Shown here piece after piece: positions 32,036-41,792 of a stretch of DNA of 64,000 bases. Made by a program: the position numbers and the translations under genes. The notes under the pieces are model-generated. The model searched no databases. It saw only the letters and a list, made by a program, of their open reading frames with translations, and had not been told where the DNA came from. Numbering within the stretch: the first letter of the stretch is position 1; each line of letters begins with the position of its first letter. The stretch is taken from NCBI GenBank assembly GCA_024277065.1, contig JAJRVY010000060.1, positions 9,486-73,485 of the forward strand, read 5' to 3'. This DNA is from Planctomycetota bacterium (GTDB lineage: Bacteria > Planctomycetota > JAJSAM01 > JAJVHW01).

Positions 32036-32270
32036 GAACGCCCTCCTCCTTCGGCCGAGGACGGCTAGGCTAGCAGCCTGTCGAAGGTTTGGCGCGGACG
32101 ACACGGGCCGTCGTCGCGCCGTTGCGTCGCTGAAACGGACGGCTGTGGGAGCCCGGCGTCACGAGCGAGGTTCCGTTGCGTGCGGGAGCGGCGAGGGCTA
32201 CGTTGACGGGTCGCCCGCCGCTCCAGCGACGGGCTTCTGCACCCCCCGAAAGGGAGAGGGATCGATCACG

Positions 32271-33941
32271 ATGGCTGAACGCAAGCTGCTCGGTGAACTT
32301 CTCATCGAACGCGCCGGGATCTCCGAGGAGGACGTGCAACGCGCACTGCGTGTCGCGCAGCAGCAGAAGATACGCATCGGCGACGCCCTGCTCCGTGCCG
32401 GCGTCGTGAACGAGGAGCAGGTCGCGCGCGCCCTCTGCACGCAGCTCCGGCTGCCGTTCGTCAACCTCTCCAAGGCGCGGCTGTCGCCGGCGACGGTCGC
32501 GTTGCTCGATCGCGAGCTCGTCGAGCAGTTCCGGGTCATTCCGGTGAAGAAGGACGGGGCGGGCCTCATCGTGGCCATCGACGACCCGGACCGCATGATG
32601 ACGCTCGACGACCTGCGCTTCCGGTCGGGCACCGAGTTCCGCTGCGCGCTGACGACGCCGGCGGCGTTCCGCGAGGCGCTGGCGGAGTACTACGACATCG
32701 TCTCGGATGCCGGCGCGATCGGCGCCGAGGCCGAGGCCGAGGGCGAGGACGAGGACGACGACGCGCCGATCATTCGGCTCGTCAACAAGATCCTGGAGGA
32801 CGCCCTCTCGATGCGGGCGTCGGACGTCCACATCGAGCCGTTCGCCGACCACCTGCGCGTGCGCTATCGCATCGACGGGCACTGCCAGGTGCAGGAGAGC
32901 CCGCCACGCCACCTCGCGCCGGCGATCCTCTCGCGCGTGAAGCTCATGGCGGGGATGGACATCTCCGAGAAGCGCAAGGCACAGGACGGCCGCATCAACA
33001 TCAAGCTGCTCGGGCGCGAGATCGACCTGCGCGTCTCGGCGCTGCCGGCGTACCACGGCGAGTCCGTCGTCTGCCGTATCCTCGATCGCGAGCAGGGTCT
33101 CATCTCGCTGCCGGCGCTGGGCTTCGCCAGCGAGGATTACCAGCGCTTCCTGAAGATCATCAAGCGGCCGAACGGTCTCTTCTTGGTCACCGGCCCGACC
33201 GGATCTGGCAAGACGACCAGCCTGTACGCGGCGCTGCGCGAGCTCAACCGGCCCGACGTCAAGATCATCACCGCCGAAGATCCGGTGGAGTACAACCTCT
33301 CGGGCATCAACCAGTGCCAGGTGCGCCACAACATCGGCCTGGACTTCACGCGCATCCTGCGCGCGATGCTGCGCCAGGCGCCCAACATCATCCTCGTGGG
33401 TGAGATCCGTGACCGCGAGACGGCCGAGATCGCCATTCAGGCGTCCTTGACCGGTCACCTCGTCTTCTCGACGCTGCACACCAACGACTCGACGTCTGCG
33501 CTGACACGCCTGATCGACATGGGCATCAAGCCGTTCCTCGTCTCGACGGCCGTGATGGCCGTCATGGCGCAGCGCCTGATCCGGCGCCTCTGCCCGCACT
33601 GCAGAGAGGAGTACGTGCCGACCGACGTGGAGCTGCGCAGCATCGGGCAGACCCCGGCGGCGCTCGAGGGCGTCACCGTGTATCGCCCCGGCGGCTGCGC
33701 GGAGTGCAACCAGTCGGGGTATCGTGGACGTATCGGTGTGTTCGAGCTGTTCAAGCTCGACTCGACGATTCGTGAGATGTGCTTCCGAGGCACCGGCTCA
33801 CTGAAGCTCCGCGAGCAGGCCAAGGTCGCCGGCGGCCTCGTCTCCCTGATGGATGACGGTGTTCGGAAGTTCCTCGCCGGGGACACCACGATCGAAGAGG
33901 TGCTCACCGTGGCAGTCGCCGGTGAGGCCGCTGCTGCATGA
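32271..33941 (+). CDS. GspE/PilB-family secretion ATPase with an N-terminal GSPII_E_N (MshEN-like) domain
   Basis: The ATG at 32271 has the RBS agggagaggg. The translation has Walker A GPTGSGKTT, Asp box, Walker B, His box and a tetra-Cys motif (CPHC...CAEC). Confidence 0.85.
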   Translation: MAERKLLGELLIERAGISEEDVQRALRVAQQQKIRIGDALLRAGVVNEEQVARALCTQLRLPFVNLSKARLSPATVALLDRELVEQFRVIPVKKDGAGLIVAIDDPDRMMTLDDLRFRSGTEFRCALTTPAAFREALAEYYDIVSDAGAIGAEAEAEGEDEDDDAPIIRLVNKILEDALSMRASDVHIEPFADHLRVRYRIDGHCQVQESPPRHLAPAILSRVKLMAGMDISEKRKAQDGRINIKLLGREIDLRVSALPAYHGESVVCRILDREQGLISLPALGFASEDYQRFLKIIKRPNGLFLVTGPTGSGKTTSLYAALRELNRPDVKIITAEDPVEYNLSGINQCQVRHNIGLDFTRILRAMLRQAPNIILVGEIRDRETAEIAIQASLTGHLVFSTLHTNDSTSALTRLIDMGIKPFLVSTAVMAVMAQRLIRRLCPHCREEYVPTDVELRSIGQTPAALEGVTVYRPGGCAECNQSGYRGRIGVFELFKLDSTIREMCFRGTGSLKLREQAKVAGGLVSLMDDGVRKFLAGDTTIEEVLTVAVAGEAAAA

Positions 33942-34008
33942 TCCAACCGTGGCGTGCTCGGACTTGCTCGGGAGTCACGAGGCGCATCCCATCGCAAGCT
34001 GAGAGAGC

Positions 34009-35163
34009 ATGGCCTACGACATCTTCCAACTGATGGACTTCATCCACGAGAAGGGCGGTTCGGACCTCCACCTGGCCGTGGGGCGTCCGCCGACCATCCG
34101 TCTGAACGGCCGTATGCGCGCGACCCGCACGACGCCGCTCACGGCCGACGACACGATCCACCTCTCGAACCAGCTCATGCCGCCCCGCATGAAGCTCGAG
34201 TTCCGGGAGAAGGGCGGCGCCGACTTCAGCTACGCGCACGGCGACAAGTGCCGCTTCCGCGTGTCGGTCTACCGGCAGAGGGGCTGCGTCGGCATGGCGC
34301 TGCGGCTGCTCCCGACGCGCATCCTCTCGTTCGAACAGATCGGGCTCCCGATGCAGGTCAAGGACCTGCTGGATCGCCCGCGTGGGCTGATCCTCGTCAC
34401 CGGCCCCACCGGGAGCGGCAAGACGACGACGCTCGCGACGATGGTCGATCACCTGAACTCGCACTTCGACCACCACATCGTCACGATCGAGGACCCCATC
34501 GAGTACTACCACGAGCACGGCAAGGGCATCATGACCCAGCGCGAGCTCGGTACCGACGTCGGCACGTTCCACGAGGCGATGCGGCGCGTGCTGCGCATGG
34601 ACCCCGACGTGATCCTGCTGGGCGAGATGCGTGACCTCGAGACGATCTCCACGGCGATCACAGCGGCCGAGACCGGCCACCTGGTGCTCGGCACGTTGCA
34701 CACGACCGGCGCCGCGCGCACGATCGACCGCGTCATCGACTCGTTCCCGGCCGAGCAGCAGGAGCAGTGTCGTGCGCAGCTCGCCGTCTCGCTGCTGGCT
34801 GTCGTCTCGCAGGTGCTCATGCCGCGCGCCGATCGCGACGGCGTCGTCGCGGGCTTCGAGGTCATGATCATGACACCGGCCATCGAGAACCACATCCGCA
34901 AGAACGAGACGTTCAAGATCAAGAGCACGCTCCAGACCTCGCGCAACCTCGGCATGACGCTGCTCGACGACCACCTGTGGGAGCTCTACAAGTCGGGCCA
35001 GATCGCCAGGGAAACGCTGCTGCAGAAGTGCACCGATCCCAAGGAGCTGCAACAGAAGCTCGACTTCGATCAGCTCGGCGGCACGGGAGGGAACGGCGGC
35101 GCCGGGGACGAGGCCGCCGTGAGCGGCGGCAGCGGGCTGTTCGGACGAAAGAAGGGCGGTTAG
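34009..35163 (+). CDS. pilT: type IV pilus retraction ATPase PilT
   Basis: The translation has LILVTGPTGSGKTTTLA and the PilT-specific AIRNLIRE-like region (TPAIENHIRKNE). It is about 384 aa with no N-terminal GSPII_E_N domain. Confidence 0.9.
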   Translation: MAYDIFQLMDFIHEKGGSDLHLAVGRPPTIRLNGRMRATRTTPLTADDTIHLSNQLMPPRMKLEFREKGGADFSYAHGDKCRFRVSVYRQRGCVGMALRLLPTRILSFEQIGLPMQVKDLLDRPRGLILVTGPTGSGKTTTLATMVDHLNSHFDHHIVTIEDPIEYYHEHGKGIMTQRELGTDVGTFHEAMRRVLRMDPDVILLGEMRDLETISTAITAAETGHLVLGTLHTTGAARTIDRVIDSFPAEQQEQCRAQLAVSLLAVVSQVLMPRADRDGVVAGFEVMIMTPAIENHIRKNETFKIKSTLQTSRNLGMTLLDDHLWELYKSGQIARETLLQKCTDPKELQQKLDFDQLGGTGGNGGAGDEAAVSGGSGLFGRKKGG

Positions 35164-35165
35164 CG

Positions 35166-36833
35166 GTGCCCCCCAGGAAGCAACTGATCGGGCAGATCAT
35201 CAAGGGCATGGGCATCGGCGTGCACGAGGGCATGATCCAGGAAGCCCTCATGACCCAGCGCCAGGGCGGCGGGCAGATCGGGCAGATCCTGATCGGCATG
35301 GGGCATCTGACCGAGGCCGAGTTGACGCTGGCGCTCGGCATGCAGGCCGGGCTCGACGTCGTGGATCTCGAGGCCGATCCGCCGGATCCCGCGCTCGTCG
35401 CGCAACTCGACCCGGCCATGGCCGAGATGTTCGCCGTCTGTCCGGTGCGCATGGAAGGCGACAAGATGGTCGTCGCGGTCAGTAACCCGCAGAACCTGTC
35501 GGTGCTGGACGACCTGCGCTTCGTGCTCAACTGCGAACTGGTGCCGGCGCTCGCCGACGAGGCGCAGATCCGTCGCGCGCTGAAGGGCGCGGCGCCCGAC
35601 GATTCGGAGGCCACCGCGCGGGCCGCAGCCGCGGCGCTCGAGAGCGAGGACGAGGGCAACGTCAACGCGGCGCCCGTCGTCAAATTGCTGAACTACATCA
35701 TCCTGCAGGCCGTGCGGGACAAGGCATCGGACATCCATCTCGAGCCCTTCGAGCACGACTTCAAGGTGCGCTACCGCGTGGACGGCGTGCTCTACGAGCT
35801 CGAGCCACCGCCGCAGCACCTGGCGACGGCGCTGATCAGCCGCGTCAAGGTCAAGTCCGGCCTGGACATCGCGGAGACGCGGCTCCCGCAGGACGGGCGC
35901 ATCGACATGGCGGTCGGCGGCCGCAGCGTCGATCTGCGTATCTCCACGCTCCCGACCATGTTCGGTGAGAGCTGCGTGATGCGCGTACTCGACCGCTCCG
36001 TCATCTCCCTGGACCTCGAGCAGGTCGGCATGCGGCCCGACGAACTCGTGACGTTCCGCGAACTCCTCGGGCGTCCGCACGGCATCGTGCTCGTCACCGG
36101 GCCTACCGGCTCGGGCAAGACCACAACGCTCTACTCCGCGCTCAACGAGGCCAACGATCCGGCGACGAAGATCATCACCACCGAGGACCCCGTCGAGTAC
36201 GACCTCGACGGCATCATCCAGGTGCAGGTGAACGAGGAGGTCGGGCTGACGTACGGCCGCGCGCTGCGCTCGATCCTGCGTCAGGACCCCGACACCATCC
36301 TCGTCGGCGAGATCCGCGACCGCGAGACGTCGTCCATCGCCATCGAGGCGGCGCTGACGGGGCACCTCGTCTTCTCGACCGTGCACACCAACGACGCGCC
36401 GCTCGCCGTGACGCGCATGCTCGATCTCGGCGTCGAGCCGTTCCTGCTCACGGCGACCCTCGAGGCCATCGTCGCGCAGCGGCTCGTGCGCAAGATCTGC
36501 ATCGCGTGCAAGGAGATGTACGACCCGTCGGACGACGTCCTCATGGAACTGGGGCTGACCGCCGAGGACGTCGTCGGGAAGCAGTTCGCCGTCGGTCGTG
36601 GCTGCGATGCCTGCCATTTTACGGGCTTCAAGGGCCGCCGCGCGCTGTTCGAGATCCTGATGCTCTCGGACCGCATCCGCGAACTGATCATGGACGGCGC
36701 CGCGACCGACCAGGTGCGCGCCGTCGCCAAGGAGCAGGGAATGCGCTCGCTGCGCGACTCCGGGCTCCTGGCGATCTTCGACGGCTTCACGACCGTCGAG
36801 GAGGTCCTGCGCGAGACGATCGACATCATGTGA
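35166..36833 (+). CDS. pilB: type IV pilus assembly ATPase PilB/GspE family (second copy)
   Basis: A GTG at 35166 follows the pilT TAG. The translation has an N-terminal GSPII_E_N-like domain, Walker A GPTGSGKTTT and the Zn-binding Cys tetrad (CIACK...CDACHF). Confidence 0.85.
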   Translation: MPPRKQLIGQIIKGMGIGVHEGMIQEALMTQRQGGGQIGQILIGMGHLTEAELTLALGMQAGLDVVDLEADPPDPALVAQLDPAMAEMFAVCPVRMEGDKMVVAVSNPQNLSVLDDLRFVLNCELVPALADEAQIRRALKGAAPDDSEATARAAAAALESEDEGNVNAAPVVKLLNYIILQAVRDKASDIHLEPFEHDFKVRYRVDGVLYELEPPPQHLATALISRVKVKSGLDIAETRLPQDGRIDMAVGGRSVDLRISTLPTMFGESCVMRVLDRSVISLDLEQVGMRPDELVTFRELLGRPHGIVLVTGPTGSGKTTTLYSALNEANDPATKIITTEDPVEYDLDGIIQVQVNEEVGLTYGRALRSILRQDPDTILVGEIRDRETSSIAIEAALTGHLVFSTVHTNDAPLAVTRMLDLGVEPFLLTATLEAIVAQRLVRKICIACKEMYDPSDDVLMELGLTAEDVVGKQFAVGRGCDACHFTGFKGRRALFEILMLSDRIRELIMDGAATDQVRAVAKEQGMRSLRDSGLLAIFDGFTTVEEVLRETIDIM

Positions 36834-37194
36834 CGGGGGGGCGTGCACGGCGTTTGCTGACGCAAACTCCGCGCCCGCTGTCGTTCTCTGACCGCTGCGC
36901 GGTCGGCGGGATGGCCCCTACGCGAGCGCCGGCCCGCCGGCCCGCCTGCTCCGCTCTCGGTCACGGCGCTTGCTCCGCAAGCCCCGCGCCCTCGGGTGGC
37001 GTCCGGCAGATTCGTGGGCGAACTCGTCCCGAGCCTGCGTGACCTCTGTCTGCAACTCAACTTTCCGCGTGCCGAGAGGCACCGCCCGGCTGTACAGTCT
37101 CGGGCGACGTGGGAAGTCACCCGACACGACGTGACCGCGCCCGTGGTGGGGGCGATCCGTGGTCGGTTCTGTGTACGCGCTCAGGGAGGTGAGG

Positions 37195-38316
37195 ATGCCA
37201 CCGAAGGCGTCGTCCGGCGGCGGTGGGGGCTCGAAGACTCGGGTCAGCGACAAGGTGCTGACCGACTTCACGTCGAATCTGGCGATCCTGCAGGACGCCG
37301 GATTGCCAATCGTCCGCTCGCTCAAGATCCTCGAGGGGCAGACGAAGGTCGGGCCCTTCAAGAAGACCATTACCGGGGTCTACGAGGACGTTGAGTCCGG
37401 GAACTCGCTGTCGGAGGCGATGGCCAAGCATCCCCGCGTGTTCGACTCGCTCTACACCAACATGGTCAAGGCGGGCGAGGCGGGCGGTATCCTCGACACG
37501 ATCCTGCAGCGCCTCTCCGAGTTCAAGGAGAAGAGCCAGCGGCTCAAGCGCAAGGTCCAGGGCGCGATGTTCTACCCGGTGGTGGTGACCATCGTGGCCA
37601 CCGGCCTGCTCGGGTTCATCATGGTCTTCGTGGTGCCCAAGTTCAAGCAGGTGTACGCCACGCTGACGACCCCGGACGGTCGCAAGATCGAACTGCCCGA
37701 GATCACGACGCTCCTCCTGAACGCCGCGGAGTGGCTGACCAAGGGCACCGAGAGCATACGCATCCCCGGCATCCTCATCGTGCCGGTGGTCGTCATCCTC
37801 ATCGGAATCGTCCTGAAGATGGTCGGACGCACGCCGGGCGGCCGCAGTTTCTACGACAACCTCGCGCTGCGGTCGCCGATCCTCGGTCCCGTCGTGCGCA
37901 TGACGATCGTCGCGCGCTTCACGCGCACGCTCGGCACGCTGCTCAACTCGGGCGTGCCGATCCTCGAGGCCCTGTCGATCTGCAAGGGCTCCATGGGCAA
38001 CGTCCACCTCCAGACCGCGCTGCAGAAGGTGCACGACGCGATCAAGGAAGGCGAGACGATGGCCGAGCCGCTCGGCAAGAGCGGCATCTTCGACGACATG
38101 GTCGTCAACATGATCGACGTCGGTGAGGAGACGGGTGAACTCGACAAGATGCTCATCCGCATCGCCGACAACTACGACGAGCAGGTCGATGTCAAGTTGA
38201 ACGCGCTGATCTCGATCCTCGAGCCCGCGCTGATCGTGGTGATGGGCGGCGTCGTGGCGGTGATCGTGTTCGCCATCTTCCTGCCGATGCTCAAGATCGT
38301 CGAGTCCATCGGCTGA
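37195..38316 (+). CDS. pilC: type IV pilus/T2SS inner-membrane platform protein PilC/GspF family
   Basis: The ATG at 37195 has the RBS agggaggtgagg. There are two T2SSF repeats and three TM segments. Confidence 0.85.
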   Translation: MPPKASSGGGGGSKTRVSDKVLTDFTSNLAILQDAGLPIVRSLKILEGQTKVGPFKKTITGVYEDVESGNSLSEAMAKHPRVFDSLYTNMVKAGEAGGILDTILQRLSEFKEKSQRLKRKVQGAMFYPVVVTIVATGLLGFIMVFVVPKFKQVYATLTTPDGRKIELPEITTLLLNAAEWLTKGTESIRIPGILIVPVVVILIGIVLKMVGRTPGGRSFYDNLALRSPILGPVVRMTIVARFTRTLGTLLNSGVPILEALSICKGSMGNVHLQTALQKVHDAIKEGETMAEPLGKSGIFDDMVVNMIDVGEETGELDKMLIRIADNYDEQVDVKLNALISILEPALIVVMGGVVAVIVFAIFLPMLKIVESIG

Positions 38317-38340
38317 TCCGGCCGCAGACGTGTTCTCCCG

Positions 38341-38370
38341 CGCCCCCCGTCGCGATCGCGGCGGGGGGCG
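38341..38370 (+). terminator. GC-rich hairpin (cgcccccc/ggggggcg stems) downstream of pilC
   Basis: It was read directly 25 nt after the pilC stop. Confidence 0.4.
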
Positions 38371-38469
38371 TCTCCCTTGTCGTTGCCGCTCGCGTCCTGT
38401 CGGGCGCGCCGAATGGCGCGGCGAGGCGTGTTCCGCGCGGCGTCGGCACTGTAGCCTGAGGCGAGCACC

Positions 38470-39963
38470 ATGACGCTCCGCTCGAGGCTGTTCGGCGCCA
38501 TCGGGATCGCGCTCTCCGCGATCCTCGCCGTACTCGTTGCCGTGACGCTGTCACTCGAATGGTCGCGCGTGCAGCGCATTCGCGGTGTGCACGAGACGGC
38601 CGTCGAGTTCGCCGCCAGCCTTGCCGCCTCCGTGCCCTACGAGGCCTATCGCGACACGCTGCTCCTGCGTGACGGCGAGCTGCACGAGAGCATCGCGTCG
38701 CTCGCCGTCTTCGGCGTCGATCGGCGCAAGGAGCCCGAGCCCGAGCCGTCCGCGCAGTTCGGCGAGATCGCGACCGACCCGGCGGTCCTGCGCCGTGCCC
38801 TCCCGCTCGTACGGCGCGTGCTGGAGACCGGCGACGGCGTGCGCGAGGGCGTTGCGGTCGCGGTTCTCGTCCCGCGCGGGCGCGCCGGGCGCGCCGGAAG
38901 CGTCGCGGCGCAGGCCCGTCCGCAAGTCGTCTTCCTGGAACTGCGTCCCCTCGAACTCGATCCCGTGACCGTCAGCCGCGTCACGTTCCTCGTCATCGTG
39001 GCCTCCGGAGCACTGTTGTTGCTCGGCACGTGGCTGATCGTGGACCGCGTGGTCGTGCGCCCCCTGCGGAGCGTCGTGAGCGGCGCGCAGCGGGTGGCCG
39101 AGGGCAACTACGCGGAGCCCGTGCCGGACTCCGGGGCGCAGGACGAGATCCAGATGGTCGTCGAGTCCTTCAACGCCATGATGCGCGAGCTCGGGACGTT
39201 GCACGAGCGCATGCAGGAGCGCATCGGCTACGCCCTGCGGCGCGCCCACCGCACGCAGGACTCACTGGTCATCGCGCAGCGTCTCGCCGCCACGGGCACG
39301 CTGGCCGCCGGCATCGCCCACGAGGTCAACAACCCTCTCGGCGGCATGCTGAACGCCGTCCACGCGCTGCGGACGAAGGAGATGAAGCCGGAGCGGCGCG
39401 AGGAGTATCTCGGGCTCATCGAGGACGGCCTGACGCGCATCCAGCAGACGGTGGCCAAGATCCTGCGCTTCACGCCGCACAGCGTCGCGCCGCAGGCGGT
39501 GGACCTCGCCGACGTCGTGCAGCCGGCGCTGGCCCTCGTGCGCCATCGCTTCGAACGTGAGGGCGTCGAGCTCGTCGTGACGGTGCCCGACGCGCCCGCC
39601 GTGGTGTTCGGCGATTTCTACGAGCTGCAGCAGGCGCTCCTCAACGTCGTCCTGAACGCGCTCGACGCCATCGCCGATGCCGGCCGTGAGGACCCGCGCA
39701 TCGACGTGGTGCTGGAGATCACCGAGAGTGAGATCCAACTCACGGTTCGCGACAACGGCACCGGCATGGACGAAGCGGACGTGCCCCGCGCGTTCGATCT
39801 CTTCTTCACGACCAAGGAGCAGGGCAAGGGCACCGGTCTGGGGCTGGCGACCGTGCACAAGATCCTCGACGACCACGGGGGCCGCGTCGTCCTGCAGCCA
39901 CGACCGGGTGAGGGGCTGGACGTCACGTTCGTGCTGCCGCGTCATTCCGCGACGCGCCGGTGA
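38470..39963 (+). CDS. sensor histidine kinase (TM/periplasmic sensor, HAMP, HisKA, HATPase_c)
   Basis: The translation has the H-box AHEVNNPLGG and the N (LNALDA), D/G1 (DNGTGM) and G2 (GTGLGL) boxes. There are two TM helices. No response regulator is adjacent. Confidence 0.8.
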   Translation: MTLRSRLFGAIGIALSAILAVLVAVTLSLEWSRVQRIRGVHETAVEFAASLAASVPYEAYRDTLLLRDGELHESIASLAVFGVDRRKEPEPEPSAQFGEIATDPAVLRRALPLVRRVLETGDGVREGVAVAVLVPRGRAGRAGSVAAQARPQVVFLELRPLELDPVTVSRVTFLVIVASGALLLLGTWLIVDRVVVRPLRSVVSGAQRVAEGNYAEPVPDSGAQDEIQMVVESFNAMMRELGTLHERMQERIGYALRRAHRTQDSLVIAQRLAATGTLAAGIAHEVNNPLGGMLNAVHALRTKEMKPERREEYLGLIEDGLTRIQQTVAKILRFTPHSVAPQAVDLADVVQPALALVRHRFEREGVELVVTVPDAPAVVFGDFYELQQALLNVVLNALDAIADAGREDPRIDVVLEITESEIQLTVRDNGTGMDEADVPRAFDLFFTTKEQGKGTGLGLATVHKILDDHGGRVVLQPRPGEGLDVTFVLPRHSATRR

Positions 39964-40025
39964 CGCAACGCGGGTACCCTGTGCGCCCGCCGCGGACCGT
40001 CGCCGCGACGCACCGGAGGTTCATC

Positions 40026-40481
40026 ATGCGCGATCCACGCAACGTCGTCATCGCAGGCCTCGGCCTGGCCTGCGCGTTCCTGCTCGGGACGCTCGCCACG
40101 CGTCCCGCCGAGCCCGCCTGGGCCCAGCAGGCAGGCTCGGGCTCGTACGGTTCTGCGACCGTTGCGGCCAACGCCCGCTTCATCGCCGCCACAGGCTCGG
40201 TGGGCAGCGGGATGAGCGTGCTCTGGCTCATCGACACCGAGGCTCGGCGTCTGGTCGTCTATGGCGCCAATAGCATGGGGAAAAGTATTGAGTTGCGTGC
40301 AGCGCGAAACATAGAGTGGGATCTCAGACTCGACGAGTACAACGACGAGTCGCAGTACAAGGCTGAGGATCTGGAGCGACTGTCCCGTCGCCAACAGGCC
40401 AAGAAGGCCCCGCCCAAGAACGACCAACCGGCCGTCCCTGGGGCACCGGGACCGTCGGGGTCCGGAGACGGGAACAAGTAG
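40026..40481 (+). CDS. hypothetical secreted protein
   Basis: The start MRDPRNVVIAGLGLACAFLLGTLA is a signal-like N-terminus. It ends at TAG. The 39960 GTG start is less likely. Confidence 0.4.
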   Translation: MRDPRNVVIAGLGLACAFLLGTLATRPAEPAWAQQAGSGSYGSATVAANARFIAATGSVGSGMSVLWLIDTEARRLVVYGANSMGKSIELRAARNIEWDLRLDEYNDESQYKAEDLERLSRRQQAKKAPPKNDQPAVPGAPGPSGSGDGNK

Positions 40482-40530
40482 CGCAGGCACGAGTACGGAT
40501 TGCGGGACGCAACCGCCGGAGGTGACGAGA

Positions 40531-41178
40531 GTGGGCAAGAGCGGCGAGTTCTTCACGTTCGACGAGGTCCTGAACAAGCTCGAGATCGACGAGACCAAGC
40601 TGAAGCGGCTGGTCTCCGAGGGCGAGATCCGGGCCTTCCGCGAGGGCGACGAGATGAAGTTCCGGCGCAGTGACGTCGAGAACCTCGACGTCGTCGGGGC
40701 ACACTCGGAGGAGGAGACCGGGGTCATCGACCTGTCCGCCGGATCGGACTCTTCGGAGACTCTGACCGACGACCTGATCTTCGACGAGGGCGACGACCTC
40801 GACCTCAGCGCCGACGCCGGCATGGCGACGGCCGAGATCTCCAGCCAGGACACCCTGGTGGACGAGGAGATCGGGATGAGTACCGAGCCCCTCGGCATGG
40901 ACGCCGGCGACATGACCGAGGTCATCGAGCCCGAGGACAGCGCCGTTCCGGTGATGACCGCGACCAAGTCGCGGCGTCCCGACCGTCAGCCCGTTGCCGA
41001 GCAGCAGCCCAGCGACATCGTCTGGGCGATGGTGATGACCGTCACGGCCGTCTTCATGATCCTCGGTGCGATCGTTGTCATGGGTATCCGCGACGCGGCC
41101 ACGGCCAGTGGCACACCGGCCCCGGTCGCGACGCAACTCGCCGGCACGTTCGGCTCCTCCGACGTCCAGCAGAACTAG
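40531..41178 (+). CDS. protein with an N-terminal excisionase-type HTH domain, an acidic linker and a C-terminal TM anchor
   Basis: A GTG at 40531 has a ggagg RBS. FTFDEVLNKLEIDETKLKRLVSEGEIRAFREGDEMKFRRSDV matches the HTH_17/excisionase-like motif. There is a C-terminal TM segment (VWAMVMTVTAVFMILGAIVVMGI). Confidence 0.5.
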   Translation: MGKSGEFFTFDEVLNKLEIDETKLKRLVSEGEIRAFREGDEMKFRRSDVENLDVVGAHSEEETGVIDLSAGSDSSETLTDDLIFDEGDDLDLSADAGMATAEISSQDTLVDEEIGMSTEPLGMDAGDMTEVIEPEDSAVPVMTATKSRRPDRQPVAEQQPSDIVWAMVMTVTAVFMILGAIVVMGIRDAATASGTPAPVATQLAGTFGSSDVQQN

Positions 41179-41375
41179 TTCTCGGCAGGTCATCGTGGGG
41201 TCGTACCGCGACGCGGTGCGGCCCCGCTGCGATTCCCCGCGGGATCTCGCGTGAGGGCCACCGTGGCATGAGATCCTCGAGAAGATGCCGGAGGCGAACG
41301 CGCTCCCCGCGCGTCCAAACGACAGTGCCCGTGTTCCCTCGCTCTCTGCAACTGCGCCGGCTCGCACCCGGCGCC

Positions 41376-41789
41376 ATGGTCCTCGTCGCGGCGCTCCTCG
41401 TGACCGCCGTGACGGCCATGCCCGTCGCGGCCTCGCCGGGCGGTGAGGCCGTGCGCTGGAACGAGCGCGGACTGACCCTGACGGAGGAGAGCCGCCACGC
41501 GGAGGCCGTCGAGGCGTTCCGCCGCGCCCTGGCCGCCGCGCCGGACGACGCCACCATCCGTCGCAACCTGGCGCTGGCGCGTTCGAACCTGGCCGTGAAG
41601 CTCCTGGCCGAGGGCGATCTCGAGCACGCCTCGCACAATGCGGAAGAGGCTCTGAAGCTGCAGCCAGGCGACCCCATCGTCGTGCTCAACGTGGCCGCCT
41701 GCGAGGACGAGAAGGGGTATCCGGCCAGGGCCGCGGCACTCGTGCGTCGTGCTCGCAAGGTCGGCGAGGACGTGCCGCAGGTGCGCTAG
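41376..41789 (+). CDS. TPR-repeat protein, N-terminal segment; in frame with the next ORF across TAG 41787-41789
   Basis: The start MVLVAALLVTAVTAMPVAASP is a signal/TM region. It is followed by TPR-like repeats. It ends TAG-CGC-ATG in the same frame as 41793..42587. Confidence 0.5.
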   Translation: MVLVAALLVTAVTAMPVAASPGGEAVRWNERGLTLTEESRHAEAVEAFRRALAAAPDDATIRRNLALARSNLAVKLLAEGDLEHASHNAEEALKLQPGDPIVVLNVAACEDEKGYPARAAALVRRARKVGEDVPQVR

Positions 41790-41792
41790 CGC

